From Candidatus Cloacimonadota bacterium (GTDB lineage: Bacteria; Cloacimonadota; Cloacimonadia; G963667145), in the NCBI GenBank assembly GCA_963676615.1, contig OY781092.1, positions 896,001-960,000 on the forward strand: a DNA stretch of 64,000 nt. The letters are read 5' to 3'. Numbering within the stretch: position 1 is the first letter of the stretch; the number at the start of each line of letters is the position of its first letter. The translations under genes and the position numbers were made by a program. The notes beneath the pieces were generated by a model. That model worked only from the letters and a program-made list of their open reading frames with translations, did no database searches and was not told where the DNA came from. Shown here in pieces: positions 62,889 to 64,000 of this stretch.

Positions 62889-63150
62889 CCTTTCCTCCCA
62901 GCTAGAGGAACAGGGGAACGGGGCGGCATCCCGCTTCATTGAGTGAGACAGCGAGAAAAACAGCCTTTTATGGAAACTGCAAAACAGACTGTCGCAACCA
63001 AAAAAAACTCCGAACAAATTGCGGAGGTGCTCTCAACCTTGGAACTCTCTAAACACCTCTCGAAATCTCGTTGGCTTTTTGAAGCGGGCGTCCTTTTCTG
63101 TTTCTCTTTTCGGACGCCCGAAAATGAGAAAATCACTCTGATAAGAGAGA
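62889..63150. repeat. Intergenic mosaic of palindromic modules, locus 3 (interrupted by IS256)
   Basis: GGGGCGGCATCCCGCTTCA...TGAAGCGGGCGTCCTTTTCTG is the reverse complement of the arms at 36084-36178 / 42459-42553; CTCTGATAAGAG is shared in reverse. Confidence 0.75.
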
Positions 63151-63201
63151 AAATAAACAAAACTCATTGCAACCACAAAAGCTCTTTGCAAAAGATAAAA
63201 T

Positions 63202-63232
63202 AAAAAAAGGCGATTTATAAAAAACCGCCTTT
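63202..63232 (-). terminator. Terminator after PEP carboxykinase
   Basis: AAAGGCGGTTT...AAATCGCC followed by U7 on the minus strand. Confidence 0.7.
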
Positions 63233-63256
63233 CTTTTTAATTTCGCTAAAAGCAAA

Positions 63257-64000
63257 CTAGCATTTCACCTTCAAAGAAGCCACAAGTTTCGCCAAAAGCT
63301 CTGGCTTTTCTGCCACATCGGAGCTTTCCAAAAAGTCCACTCTTTGTTGGAATCTGCTTTTGACCATCTTTTTGTATTCAGCCAAATTTTGGCGTTTTGC
63401 TGGATCATATTTTTCGTAATATCCAGGCACCAACTTCTCGATCGAATCTTTGGTCGGAATCATCGCCCCTGGCAAAAGATCCCACTCTTCCCACTCGAGC
63501 GAGTCGGTCAAAACCGCCGTTTGCAACGACAACGAAGTCTTGAGCTTGATATCTTCCAAATCGTCCACAGACGAGCTCCAATACCCAGCCGAGTTGAACA
63601 CAAAGCACTCTGCGCCGTTCTCGATAACGGTCTTGAACGCCTCCACATCTTTGTATAACTCATACACACGGAATGGGTTAGCGTATGGCACGAACACCAA
63701 CTTGCCCAAATCTTCTGCCTTCACATTTTCCGCAGCGTTCCTTTCGGTCATCAAGGCAGCACCCATTGCAACGCCCAAATATTTGTCGCTAATCTTCACC
63801 ACAGGAGGCAAAATTGTGTCTTTCATCAGCCAAACAAGAGAGTTCGGGAACTCGCATCTGTTCACCCAAGAGCCAAGCAAATCGCGATCGAAAAGCGCGC
63901 GACCATTTTGCTGACGAGCGTCGAGTCCCAGCGGAACGACCTTGTCTTTGTAGGTGATAATCGCGTGGTTCATCACCGCTGTCAGATAGTTCCACTCTGG
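63257..64000 (-). CDS. Phosphoenolpyruvate carboxykinase (ATP), atypical type; 5' part outside the window
   Basis: NGRA, WLMKD..LPPVVKI, VPYANPFR.Y motifs recalled from Fusobacterium/clostridial PEPCK; frame stays open to the window end. Confidence 0.65.
   Translation of the reverse strand, partial: PEWNYLTAVMNHAIITYKDKVVPLGLDARQQNGRALFDRDLLGSWVNRCEFPNSLVWLMKDTILPPVVKISDKYLGVAMGAALMTERNAAENVKAEDLGKLVFVPYANPFRVYELYKDVEAFKTVIENGAECFVFNSAGYWSSSVDDLEDIKLKTSLSLQTAVLTDSLEWEEWDLLPGAMIPTKDSIEKLVPGYYEKYDPAKRQNLAEYKKMVKSRFQQRVDFLESSDVAEKPELLAKLVASLKVKC

Overview
64 kb of core chromosome from a diderm, probably anaerobic bacterium (lpxK, outer-membrane lipoproteins, long SecA; taxon not determinable from sequence alone). 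All but six CDS lie on the minus strand. Contents: a methionine operon (DUF39 homocysteine enzyme, UPF0280, metF, and a split B12-dependent MetH that runs off the window start); ligA; a lipoprotein trio; hemW, crcB, trpS, dacB, lpxK, rluD, Ktr K+ uptake, adk, secA; tRNA-Ile2(CAU); an Rrf2-iscS-iscU-cysteine synthase operon; pstSCAB-phoU with four Pho boxes; tRNA-Leu-tig-clpP-clpX; an EF-G paralogue; rpoD; ade; an ECF sigma/anti-sigma/Spy cluster; CIRCE-htpG-ThiS-ThiF; acn...icd-ftcD; an intact IS256 element; and a partial PEP carboxykinase. Two signals stand out. (1) An unannotated Met-rich leader peptide (…MMRMSGMMCM…) with mutually exclusive antiterminator/terminator pairings upstream of the methionine operon, i.e. 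a candidate ribosome-dependent methionine attenuator. (2) Three intergenic mosaics built from shuffled palindromic modules, including cassettes with conserved arms but different interiors. All gene calls are from motif and family recognition by eye; no searches or folding were run.
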